Positions 45,938 through 54,755 of a stretch of 64,000 bases of DNA are shown in pieces. Every line of letters begins with the position of its first letter. Position 1 is the stretch's first letter. The DNA comes from Bacteroidales bacterium (lineage in GTDB: Bacteria; Bacteroidota; Bacteroidia; Bacteroidales; UBA10428), in contig JAMIIA010000188.1 of NCBI GenBank assembly GCA_035913795.1, forward strand, positions 6,042 through 70,041. Direction: 5' to 3'. The notes beneath the pieces were generated by a model. That model was not told the DNA's origin and searched no databases. It worked only from the letters and a program-made list of their open reading frames with translations. A program made the position numbers and the translations under genes.

Positions 45938-46130
45938 AGGTCTTATTGCTAGGTTAAAATTTAAATACTATAAAAACTATAATAATGGTAGGACAAAGAT
46001 ATATAATAAAACTACAAATCCTATAACTAAAGTAGATAAAATAGATTTTTTTCTTTTTTGAAAACACCATAAGTAGAATATGGTCTGCGACAATTCCGGC
46101 AGAACATATTGCAATCAAAGGCAAAAAGGC

Positions 46131-46138
46131 TATTTTTG
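46131..46138 (+). promoter_or_regulatory. Candidate -7 promoter box (TAnnTTTG) for sucD
   Basis: TATTTTTG lies 26 nt upstream of the sucD ATG. Confidence 0.35.
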
Positions 46139-46163
46139 ATTTACTTAACAAAGCGTAAAAACA

Positions 46164-47033
46164 ATGAGTGTATTAGTAAACAAAGAATCGAAGATATTGG
46201 TACAGGGCTTTACTGGCACCGAAGGAAGCTTTCATGCCAGTCAGATGATCGAATACGGAACCCAGGTAGTAGGAGGGGTTACACCCGGAAAAGCCGGGCT
46301 GAAGCACCTCGATCGACCGGTTTATAATACCGTTGCTGATGCAGTGAAGAAGACAGGAGCCAATGTTTCCATTGTTTTTGTGCCACCACCTTTTGCCGCC
46401 GATGCCGTGATGGAAGCTGCCGAGGCAGGAGTGGAACTGATTGTATGCATCACCGAGGGAATTCCAACTTCCGACATGATAAAAGTAAAAGCCTTTTTAA
46501 GCGGAAAGAAAAGTCGCCTCATCGGCCCTAATTGTCCGGGAGTGATTACGGCAGGCGAGTGCAAAGTGGGCATTATGCCGGGATTTATATTTAAGCCTGG
46601 AAAAATCGGAATTGTTTCCAAATCGGGAACCCTTACTTACGAGGCAGCCGACCAGATTGTAAAAGCTGGCTTGGGCATTTCCACGGCCATTGGAATTGGT
46701 GGCGATCCCATTATCGGAACCACTACCCGCGAAGCCCTCGAATTGTTTATGAACGATGCCGATACCCAGGGTGTAGTGATGATAGGCGAAATTGGTGGCA
46801 CCATGGAAGCCGAAGCGGCTTATTGGTATAAGAATCATGCCAAAAAACCAGTGGTAGGCTTTATTGCCGGCCAAACAGCGCCTAAAGGCAGGCGTATGGG
46901 GCATGCCGGTGCTATTGTAGGCGGAAAAGACGACACAGCAGAAGCTAAAATGCGCATCATGCGCGAATGTGGCATAGCCGTGGTGCAATCGCCTGCAGAG
47001 ATAGGACAAAAAATGAAGGAAATACTTCGATAG
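46164..47033 (+). CDS. sucD: Succinate--CoA ligase subunit alpha
   Basis: [40 protein letters not shown], and phosphohistidine loop MGHAGAI. Confidence 0.95.
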   Translation: MSVLVNKESKILVQGFTGTEGSFHASQMIEYGTQVVGGVTPGKAGLKHLDRPVYNTVADAVKKTGANVSIVFVPPPFAADAVMEAAEAGVELIVCITEGIPTSDMIKVKAFLSGKKSRLIGPNCPGVITAGECKVGIMPGFIFKPGKIGIVSKSGTLTYEAADQIVKAGLGISTAIGIGGDPIIGTTTREALELFMNDADTQGVVMIGEIGGTMEAEAAYWYKNHAKKPVVGFIAGQTAPKGRRMGHAGAIVGGKDDTAEAKMRIMRECGIAVVQSPAEIGQKMKEILR

Positions 47034-47213
47034 TAGAGTTCCCATTTCATTGCCATATATAATTTTAAATGAAGTGGATGTGCACAATTATTTGTCATTT
47101 TGCTCATTCTTTCTTTATTTTGCCTCGCAATTTTATCATTCGCATTGCCTTGCTATAAACATTAAGCCAGGGATGCAAGGGGGTTCATTAAAAATAAAAC
47201 AAATTACTTAAAT

Positions 47214-47960
47214 ATGAGATTATTAGAAGGAAAGACAGCAATTGTAACAGGAGCTGCAAGAGGCATTGGCCGGGCTATTGCCATCCGTTTTGCCCAGGAA
47301 GGTGCAAATGTGGCCGTAACCGACCTGCGACTTAATGAAAATACCGAATCGCTTGAGAAAGAATTAAAAGCACTGGGTGTAAAGGCCAAAGCCTATGCCA
47401 GTGATGCCAGTAATTTCGAAGATACCGACAAGGTAGTCAGCGAAATACTCAACGACTTTGGAACTGTAGATGTCCTGATAAACAATGCCGGTATTACCAT
47501 GGATACCCTTCTGATGCGCATGACCGAGCAACAATGGGATACCGTGATCAACGTAAACCTGAAATCGGTGTTTAACTTCACCAAAGCTGTTCAGAAAATT
47601 ATGCTGAAAAATAAACAAGGGTCCATTGTAAACCTCAGTTCGGTGGTAGGTGTGCATGGAAATGCCGGACAGGCCAACTATTCGGCTTCGAAAGCCGGGA
47701 TAATCGGTTTTACCAAATCCATTGCCCAGGAATTGGGTTCGCGCAACATTCGTTGCAATGCCATTGCTCCCGGTTTTATTATTACCGAAATGACCGCTAA
47801 ACTTTCCGATGAACAACGTCAGGCCTGGGAACAACACATTCCAATGAAACGCGGCGGCACCCCAGAGGAAGTAGCCAATGTATGTTTGTTCCTTGCCTCG
47901 GATTTATCGTCTTATGTAAGCGGACAAACTATCAGCATTTGCGGTGCCATGAAGACCTGA
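47214..47960 (+). CDS. fabG: 3-oxoacyl-[ACP] reductase
   Basis: VTGAARGIGRAIA, NNAGI and YSASKAG catalytic motifs. Length 248 aa. Confidence 0.88.
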   Translation: MRLLEGKTAIVTGAARGIGRAIAIRFAQEGANVAVTDLRLNENTESLEKELKALGVKAKAYASDASNFEDTDKVVSEILNDFGTVDVLINNAGITMDTLLMRMTEQQWDTVINVNLKSVFNFTKAVQKIMLKNKQGSIVNLSSVVGVHGNAGQANYSASKAGIIGFTKSIAQELGSRNIRCNAIAPGFIITEMTAKLSDEQRQAWEQHIPMKRGGTPEEVANVCLFLASDLSSYVSGQTISICGAMKT

Positions 47961-47991
47961 TACATTGCTTATTAACTGAGTTCATTATATA

Positions 47992-48017
47992 AAGCGTTCC
48001 ATTGGGGCGCTTTTTTT
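47992..48017 (+). terminator. Intrinsic terminator after fabG
   Basis: gcgttcc-attg-gggcgc stem (two G-U pairs) followed by T7. Confidence 0.6.
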
Positions 48018-48197
48018 ATTTTGAATGATTCAAACTTTAAAACATTTTATCCTGCAAACTGTTAGAGTTTTACTATTTTTAGCGCCTCAAACCAAAGAAG
48101 AATGCTTGTTCTTATTTCTAGTTTCATAGCCAACCTCAGTCTGTTTATCCAGCCTTTGATTGAGCACCACAGGGGGAGTTTCTACAATGCTCCCTTC

Positions 48198-49427
48198 ATG
48201 CTCATTGTGCTGATTATTATGTTCAACTTTGTGTTGGAGAGGGTGTTGGATTTTCTTAATTCTAATTACTGGAGCGATAAGCTTCCTGCCGAATTGAGCG
48301 ATGTGTATGAATCGGAGAAATATACCCGCTCTCAACAATACAAACGCATCAACGATAAATTTTCCCTACTCACCAATACCTTTAGTTTTTTGGTGGTTAC
48401 CAGCATGCTTTTTTTTCATGTGTTTGGCTATTTCGATACGATAGCCAGGGGCATCACCAACAACCCTATTACCGTTACCCTTCTTTTTTTCGGCATGGTT
48501 ATGCTGGCATCAGATGTAATCAATACGCCATTCGCCCTTTACGACACCTTTGTAATTGAAGAAAAATTTGGTTTCAACAAAACAACAATTCGCACTTTTA
48601 TTACAGATAAGCTCAAAGGCTGGTTGCTATCGGGTTTAATCGGTGGTGGCTTACTTGCTCTCATTACCTGGTTTTACGGCATTACCGAACAATATTTTTG
48701 GTTGTATGCCTGGGGAGCCATTACTCTGTTTATGATTTTCATTACCATGTTCTATTCGTCGCTTATTGTGCCAATTTTCAACAAGCAAACCCCTCTCGAA
48801 GAAGGGCCCTTAAAAGAAGCCATCAGCGAATTTAGCCGCAAGGCAGGTTTTCAGCTGAAGAATGTTTTTGTCATCGACGGATCTAAACGTTCAACCAAAG
48901 CCAATGCCTATTTTACGGGTCTGGGGTCGAAAAAAAGAATTGTGCTTTACGATACCCTTATACAGGATTTAACAACCGAAGAAATTGTGGCTGTGCTGGC
49001 TCACGAAATAGGACATTATATGCGCAAACATACCCTGTCGGGCATGGCACTGAGTGTAGTTCAGACTGGCATTACCTTGTATGTATTTTCGCTGTTTACT
49101 GTCAATCCTCTGCTTTCTGAGGCATTGGGAGCAAGGGTACAGGGTTTTCATTTGGCTTTGATGGCATTTGGGGTTATTTATAGTCCCTTTTCTACCATGG
49201 TAGGCTTATCTATGAATGTCCTTTCGCGTAAGAATGAATACCAGGCCGATCAATATGCAAAAGATTACCAGCTCGACCAGCCACTGATTTCTGCCCTCAA
49301 AAAGCTCTCGCGTAACAACCTCAGCAATTTAACCCCTCATCCGGCTTATGTCTTTTTTCATTATTCACATCCAACTTTGCTGCAGCGAATTCGGAACCTC
49401 AACAGTAGTGCAAAGAATGTAGCATAG
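48198..49427 (+). CDS. M48 family (Ste24-like) zinc metallopeptidase
   Basis: Multi-TM protein with HEIGH zinc motif and downstream NEYQAD. The start at MLIVLIIMFNFVLERVLDFLN (ATG 48198) fits the family N-terminus. An upstream in-frame ATG at 48102 is possible. Confidence 0.85.
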   Translation: MLIVLIIMFNFVLERVLDFLNSNYWSDKLPAELSDVYESEKYTRSQQYKRINDKFSLLTNTFSFLVVTSMLFFHVFGYFDTIARGITNNPITVTLLFFGMVMLASDVINTPFALYDTFVIEEKFGFNKTTIRTFITDKLKGWLLSGLIGGGLLALITWFYGITEQYFWLYAWGAITLFMIFITMFYSSLIVPIFNKQTPLEEGPLKEAISEFSRKAGFQLKNVFVIDGSKRSTKANAYFTGLGSKKRIVLYDTLIQDLTTEEIVAVLAHEIGHYMRKHTLSGMALSVVQTGITLYVFSLFTVNPLLSEALGARVQGFHLALMAFGVIYSPFSTMVGLSMNVLSRKNEYQADQYAKDYQLDQPLISALKKLSRNNLSNLTPHPAYVFFHYSHPTLLQRIRNLNSSAKNVA

Positions 49428-49466
49428 TTTCGTGCTAAATAAGGCGAACAATTTTTCCTGAAAAAA

Positions 49467-50708
49467 ATGCAAGCAACCCTTATAACCATTGGCGACGAGA
49501 TACTGATAGGACAGGTGGTGGATACCAACTCAGCCTTTATGGCTGCCGAACTGAACAAAATCGGGATCAGGGTTAAAAGCATTCAATCCATTTCCGATAA
49601 ACATCTGGAAATAACTCAGGCCTTTGCCGATGCCATGTCCGATTCCGAAATCGTGCTTATTACTGGAGGATTGGGACCAACCCGCGACGATATTACCAAA
49701 AAAGCCCTTGCCGACTTTTTTGGTTGTAAACTAATCAGGCACCAGCCAACCCTCGAAAAAATTGAGAAAAGACTCACCCAACTGGGAGTGAAACTTTCAG
49801 AGATAAACCGCTCACAGGCCGATGTACCGGAAGCATGCAAAGTGCTCAGCAACAACCAGGGCAGTGCTCCGGGCATGTTGTTCGAAACCGATGGAAAGCT
49901 TATGGTTTCCATGCCGGGCGTGCCCTTCGAGATGAAGGATATCATGGTTCATGAGGTTATACCCTATCTTCAAAACCATTTTGCGCTACCCCTGCGCTTG
50001 CATAAAACCTTTTTAACTGCCGGGGTGCCTGAATCAACCTTGTCTGACCGTCTCGATAACTTCGAAAACTCACTGCCTGCAGGTTTTTCGCTTGCCTATT
50101 TACCTTCCCCTGGTATGGTACGTTTACGCCTGAGTGCTTCCTCGGCCGATGAATCGGGTTTAAATAAAATATTTGAAAGTACCTGCCTTACTCTGGAAAA
50201 AGAGCTTGGAATCGATTTATTTGGCTATAATAATGATACCATCGAATTGATTGTAGGGAAACTTTTACTAAAGCATGGATACAAGATTTCCACTGCCGAA
50301 AGTTGCACCGGAGGCAATGTGGCCAAAACTATTAGCTCCGTGCCGGGTGCATCTGCCTATTATAATGGTAGTATAGTAGCTTATTCGAATCAGGTAAAAA
50401 CAGATATATTAAAGGTTTCGCAAGCCTTAATTGACCAGGAGGGGGTAGTAAGCGAAGCCGTTGTAAAAGCAATGGCCCTTCAGGTAAAAGACCTTTTGCA
50501 AACCGATTGTTCCATTGCCGTATCGGGTATTTCAGGGCCCTCGGGCGGCACTTTGGAAAAACCTGTAGGCACTGTTTGCATCGCCATAGCCACACCCAGA
50601 GGAGTGTCAGGTTTTAAGTTTAATTTTGGCGACAATCGCGAAAGAACCGTTCAAAGGGCCACCATTACTGCTTTGAACAAGCTTCGGATGGATTTACTTT
50701 CGATGTAA
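49467..50708 (+). CDS. cinA: CinA family protein (MoCF-binding domain + nicotinamide-nucleotide amidohydrolase PncC domain)
   Basis: LITIGDEILIGQVVDTNSAFMA, ITGGLGPTRDDITK, and C-terminal AESCTGG motif. Confidence 0.9.
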   Translation: MQATLITIGDEILIGQVVDTNSAFMAAELNKIGIRVKSIQSISDKHLEITQAFADAMSDSEIVLITGGLGPTRDDITKKALADFFGCKLIRHQPTLEKIEKRLTQLGVKLSEINRSQADVPEACKVLSNNQGSAPGMLFETDGKLMVSMPGVPFEMKDIMVHEVIPYLQNHFALPLRLHKTFLTAGVPESTLSDRLDNFENSLPAGFSLAYLPSPGMVRLRLSASSADESGLNKIFESTCLTLEKELGIDLFGYNNDTIELIVGKLLLKHGYKISTAESCTGGNVAKTISSVPGASAYYNGSIVAYSNQVKTDILKVSQALIDQEGVVSEAVVKAMALQVKDLLQTDCSIAVSGISGPSGGTLEKPVGTVCIAIATPRGVSGFKFNFGDNRERTVQRATITALNKLRMDLLSM

Positions 50709-50793
50709 AAAATTCTCATTAAAAAATTTGAATATTAAAATTATAATACCGTAATTTGCATCTCGTTTTTCGAGCACATAAAACACTAAGAAA

Positions 50794-51036
50794 ATGTCAA
50801 GAGTTTGTCAGATAACAGGTAAGAAAATCATGGTTGGTAACAACGTTTCGCATTCGAACCGCAAAACGAAAAGAATTTTTGCTCCCAACTTATTCGATAA
50901 AAGATTCTTTTTAGTTGAGGAGAATCGTTTTGTATCAATTAGAGTATCTGCAGCAGGTATTCGCAATATCAACAAAAAAGGTCTGAAAAAAGCCCTTGAA
51001 GAGGCCAAAGCAAGCGGCCATATTTCGACATATTAA
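50794..51036 (+). CDS. rpmB: 50S ribosomal protein L28
   Basis: [33 protein letters not shown]. Confidence 0.95.
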   Translation: MSRVCQITGKKIMVGNNVSHSNRKTKRIFAPNLFDKRFFLVEENRFVSIRVSAAGIRNINKKGLKKALEEAKASGHISTY

Positions 51037-51055
51037 TATTTAACGATTTACAGTA

Positions 51056-51238
51056 ATGGCTAAAAAAGGAAACAGAGTGCAGGTAATATTAGAATGCACT
51101 GAACATAAAGAATCCGGAATGCCTGGCACATCGAGGTATATTACTACCAAGAACAGGAAAAACAATCCTGACCGGATGGAAATTAAAAAATTCAACCCAA
51201 TTTTAAAGAAAGTAACCGTTCACCGCGAAATAAAATAA
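51056..51238 (+). CDS. rpmG: 50S ribosomal protein L33
   Basis: [21 protein letters not shown]...[21 protein letters not shown]. Confidence 0.95.
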   Translation: MAKKGNRVQVILECTEHKESGMPGTSRYITTKNRKNNPDRMEIKKFNPILKKVTVHREIK

Positions 51239-51244
51239 TTCATT

Positions 51245-51397
51245 ATGGCAAAGAAGGTAGTAGCAACATTACAATCGAAAGACAGCAGGTCTTATGTGAA
51301 ATGCATTAAGATGGTGAAATCGGAAAAAACTGGAGCTTATGCATTCCAGGAAGAAATCATTCACAACGATAACCTGAAACAGTTTTTAGCCGACTAA
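51245..51397 (+). CDS. DUF4295 small basic protein (below the ORF-track cutoff)
   Basis: Read from the sequence: MAKKVVATLQSKDSRSYVKCIKMVKSEKTGAYAFQEEIIHNDNLKQFLAD (50 aa). It starts 6 nt after rpmG. As I recall, the rpmB-rpmG-DUF4295 order is conserved in Bacteroidota. Confidence 0.8.
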   Translation: MAKKVVATLQSKDSRSYVKCIKMVKSEKTGAYAFQEEIIHNDNLKQFLAD

Positions 51398-51430
51398 TCT
51401 CGCTTCATTTTTTAGATTATCTAACGAATA

Positions 51431-51463
51431 AAAGCTTTCTGAACAGAAGGCTTTTTTATTTTT
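51431..51463 (+). terminator. Intrinsic terminator after the rpmB-rpmG-DUF4295 operon
   Basis: aaagctttct-gaac-agaaggcttt stem (one G-U pair) followed by ttttttattttt. It ends 6 nt before the ftsY ATG. Confidence 0.6.
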
Positions 51464-51468
51464 ACACC

Positions 51469-52422
51469 ATGGCAATCTTTTCACTCTTCAACCGCGAAAA
51501 CAAGGAAAACCTCGACAAAGGCCTCGAAAAATCGAAAGAAAGCGTTTTTAAAAAGCTTTCCCGCGTTGTGGCAGGGAAATCGACCGTCGATAGCGATGTA
51601 CTCGATAACCTAGAAGAAGTATTGGTTACCTCCGACGTTGGTGTCGATACTACCCTGCGTATTATCGAACGTATCGAAAAGCGTGTTTCTCGTGAGAAAT
51701 ACCTTAATGCCAGCGAGTTAAATACAATACTAAAGGAAGAAATTGCTTCCTTACTCGAGGAGAGTAACAAGGGAGAAGTAGAAGAATTCTCTTCCAATTT
51801 TGCGCAAAAACCTCATGTGGTTATGGTGGTTGGTGTAAATGGGGTGGGAAAGACCACCACCATTGGAAAAATAGCCCATCATTATAAGTCTGCCGGAAAA
51901 TCCGTGCTTCTTGGGGCAGCCGATACATTTCGTGCTGCTGCTATTGACCAACTCGATGTGTGGGCAAAAAGAGTAGATGTGCCCATTGTGAAGCAACAAA
52001 TGGGTTCCGACCCAGCCAGTGTGGCATTTGATGCTCTTTCGTCGGCCTTGTCGCGTAACATCGACCTGGTGCTGGTGGATACTGCAGGCAGGCTGCATAA
52101 TAAAGCCCACCTGATGGATGAACTTACCAAAATAAAACGGGTAATGGAAAAGGTAGTGCCTGGTGCACCTCACGAGGTACTTTTGGTGCTTGACGGTTCA
52201 ACCGGACAAAATGCCTTTGAACAAGCCAAACAATTTACAGCCGCTACTCAGGTAACAGCATTGGCCATTACCAAACTCGATGGCACAGCAAAGGGTGGTG
52301 TGGTTATTGGAATATCCGATCAGTTTAAAATTCCGGTAAAATACATCGGTGTTGGCGAGAAAGTATGCGATCTTCTGCTTTTTAACAAAATCGAATTTGT
52401 CGATTCGCTTTTCTCTCACTAA
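51469..52422 (+). CDS. ftsY: Signal recognition particle receptor FtsY
   Basis: GVNGVGKTTTIGK, DTAGRLHNK and TKLDGTAKGG. Short N-terminal A-domain. Confidence 0.95.
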   Translation: MAIFSLFNRENKENLDKGLEKSKESVFKKLSRVVAGKSTVDSDVLDNLEEVLVTSDVGVDTTLRIIERIEKRVSREKYLNASELNTILKEEIASLLEESNKGEVEEFSSNFAQKPHVVMVVGVNGVGKTTTIGKIAHHYKSAGKSVLLGAADTFRAAAIDQLDVWAKRVDVPIVKQQMGSDPASVAFDALSSALSRNIDLVLVDTAGRLHNKAHLMDELTKIKRVMEKVVPGAPHEVLLVLDGSTGQNAFEQAKQFTAATQVTALAITKLDGTAKGGVVIGISDQFKIPVKYIGVGEKVCDLLLFNKIEFVDSLFSH

Positions 52423-52558
52423 ATCTGGTTCATAGTATCATGCTTTGCGTTTCCCGAAACCAAGCTAAATGTTTCGAAAAAGAAATCTTCAGCCAAAACT
52501 TCATGGGTCCTTCAATTGTTTCCTCGTATATGTATTTCTTCTGTAAGGGTATAATATT

Positions 52559-53866
52559 ATGTTAACTAAGAAAAAAACTTCAAAAATAAATGTAGTTACA
52601 CTGGGATGTTCCAAAAACCTGGTTGACTCTGAAAAGCTTTTAGGTCAGCTTAAGGCAAACCAGTTATCGGTTGTGCACGACTCGTCCGATGACGATGCGC
52701 GCACTGTTGTGATTAATACCTGTGGATTTATTGCCGATGCCAAGGAAGAATCGGTAAATACCATACTGGAGCATGTGCGGGCAAAACAGGAAGGATTAAT
52801 CGATAAGGTTTTTGTAATGGGTTGCCTCTCGGAACGCTACAAAGACATGCTTAAAACCGAAATTCCTGAGGTAGATGGCATTTACGGCGTAAACAGCCTC
52901 GAACAGATTGTAAAAGATCTGGGGGGCAATTATAAAAACGATCTGATAGGAGAACGCGTTCAAACTACACCCAAACATTATGCTTACCTCAAAATTTCCG
53001 AGGGTTGCGACCGTACCTGTTCTTTTTGTGCCATTCCCTTAATCAGGGGCAAGCATAAATCGAAACCAAAGGAAGAACTCCTACACGAAGCCAGTTCGCT
53101 GGCTAAAAATGGAACAAAAGAAATTATACTCATTGCCCAGGATTTAACTTATTACGGTGTTGATCTTTACAAGAACCAGGAATTGCCCAATCTACTGCTT
53201 CGTTTGAGCGATATCAACGAGTTGGAATGGATACGCTTGCATTATGCCTATCCGGCATCTTTTCCTTATGAAATTTTAAAGGTGATGCGCTCTCGTGCGA
53301 ATATCTGTAACTACCTCGATATTCCCTTTCAACATATAAGCGACCCTGTATTGCGTAATATGCGCCGTGGAATTACAAGTTCTCAAACCTACGACCTCAT
53401 TCAGCGCCTCCGCGATGAGGTTCCACAGCTTGCCCTTCGCACGACATTATTGGTGGGCCATCCGGGCGAAACTGAGAAAGAATTCGAGGAGTTGTTGGCT
53501 TTTGTCGAAAAATCACGATTCGATCGCCTGGGTGTGTTTACCTATTCCGAAGAAGAGGACACCTTTGCGGCCGGAAAATTTAAGGATATTATCTCGCAGG
53601 AAGAAAAAGATCGAAGAGCGGCTGCCCTGATGGAAGTGCAGGAACAAATTTCATTGTCGCTTAACGAAAAACGGGTGGGACAAAGCCTCAAAACCCTTAT
53701 CGACCGAAAAGAAGGTGAGTTTTATGTAGGCCGCACCGAGGCCGATTCGCCGGAAGTTGACAATGAAGTACTTGTGTCTGCCTCAGTCAAGCTTGAAACA
53801 GGAAAGTTTTACAAGGTAAAAGTAACATCCGCCGATGCTTTCGACCTGTATGGAACCCTTCAGTAA
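52559..53866 (+). CDS. rimO: Ribosomal protein S12 methylthiotransferase
   Basis: The MTTase N-terminal TLGCSKNLVDSE, radical-SAM CDRTCSFCAIP, and a C-terminal TRAM-like domain. Confidence 0.93.
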   Translation: MLTKKKTSKINVVTLGCSKNLVDSEKLLGQLKANQLSVVHDSSDDDARTVVINTCGFIADAKEESVNTILEHVRAKQEGLIDKVFVMGCLSERYKDMLKTEIPEVDGIYGVNSLEQIVKDLGGNYKNDLIGERVQTTPKHYAYLKISEGCDRTCSFCAIPLIRGKHKSKPKEELLHEASSLAKNGTKEIILIAQDLTYYGVDLYKNQELPNLLLRLSDINELEWIRLHYAYPASFPYEILKVMRSRANICNYLDIPFQHISDPVLRNMRRGITSSQTYDLIQRLRDEVPQLALRTTLLVGHPGETEKEFEELLAFVEKSRFDRLGVFTYSEEEDTFAAGKFKDIISQEEKDRRAAALMEVQEQISLSLNEKRVGQSLKTLIDRKEGEFYVGRTEADSPEVDNEVLVSASVKLETGKFYKVKVTSADAFDLYGTLQ

Positions 53867-53902
53867 GCGTTCTTTGTGACGAATTGATTGGCTATTTTGC
53901 TG

Positions 53903-54646
53903 TTATAATTTCTTCAGCACAAAAAACTCATAACCGAAATAGGCCTGATAGGCGTCATAAATATCTATTTCGTGCTGAATGGAATTAAAAGTTTCTATGG
54001 CTTCGGCATTGCCGGGGTATTGTTTCCAGAAATGCACAAGGGCTTCTTCAATATAGTCGTAAAACTCTGTTTTCCAGGAATTAGGTTGAATGGTAAAATT
54101 TAAGATGCATTCGTAACCTTCTTTCTTTGCTGTATCAAGAATTTCGTCCACCTTAGGCAGTTCAATGCCTTCAGATTGCCAAAAATCGCTTAGTTTCTTT
54201 GGTGGATTTTCCTTCAACCAAACACAATCGGAAAAAGCCAGAAAACCACCTTTTTTAATGTGTTTTTTCCACTCTTTCAGTGCTTTCTGGAAACCAATTA
54301 TAAACATCGAACCTTCGGCCCAAATGATGTCGAACTGATCGGAAAGAAAAGGCAAAGCCCCCATATCGCCTACAAGGCAGGTAATTTTGTGTGAAAGTTT
54401 TTTCGATTCCACCCTTTTTTGAAGAGATTCTATAAAGGGCTGGTAATTGTCGAGGGCGAGGATATGACCCTCTGTAAGGCTGCACAAATCCATCGTTTGT
54501 TGCCCCTTTCCGCATCCAATATCCAGAATGGATGGTCTTTGGGGTAAACCGGAAAGACTAGCCCACGCCCTGCATGTTTCTTCCTTCGAGCCCGGTCCCT
54601 GACGCGGAATGTAACCGAAAACTTCAAAAAAGTATTTGTTTATCAT
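53903..54646 (-). CDS. Class I SAM-dependent methyltransferase
   Basis: Motif I ILDIGCGKGQQT, with post-I and motif II-like segments. Length 247 aa. Confidence 0.8.
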   Translation of the reverse strand: MINKYFFEVFGYIPRQGPGSKEETCRAWASLSGLPQRPSILDIGCGKGQQTMDLCSLTEGHILALDNYQPFIESLQKRVESKKLSHKITCLVGDMGALPFLSDQFDIIWAEGSMFIIGFQKALKEWKKHIKKGGFLAFSDCVWLKENPPKKLSDFWQSEGIELPKVDEILDTAKKEGYECILNFTIQPNSWKTEFYDYIEEALVHFWKQYPGNAEAIETFNSIQHEIDIYDAYQAYFGYEFFVLKKL

Positions 54647-54691
54647 GGCAAAAATGTTTTCGAATGAATTAGAGAAAGGAGATCTAAAAAT

Positions 54692-54724
54692 ACAAAAGCC
54701 TGGAGATTTTGCCCCAGGCTTTTG
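54692..54724 (-). terminator. Intrinsic terminator after clpC
   Basis: aaaagcctgg / ccaggctttt arms with a 10-nt loop. There is a T-run on the minus strand, directly downstream of the clpC stop at 54756. Confidence 0.7.
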
Positions 54725-54755
54725 TTATTGAATGAATTAATAATCGATTTATTCC

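Noticed and set aside
45954-46151. 65-aa minus-strand ORF (two hydrophobic segments) between the helical-bundle gene and sucD
   Set aside because: The DNA is AT-rich and naturally encodes Phe/Ile/Lys/Tyr runs. The ORF's start region overlaps the likely sucD promoter box. There is no independent support.
46497-47087. 196-aa minus-strand ORF (plus the 99-aa and 90-aa ORFs) antisense to sucD
   Set aside because: sucD on the plus strand is unequivocal. The antisense translations are Gly/Ala/His-rich shadow frames.
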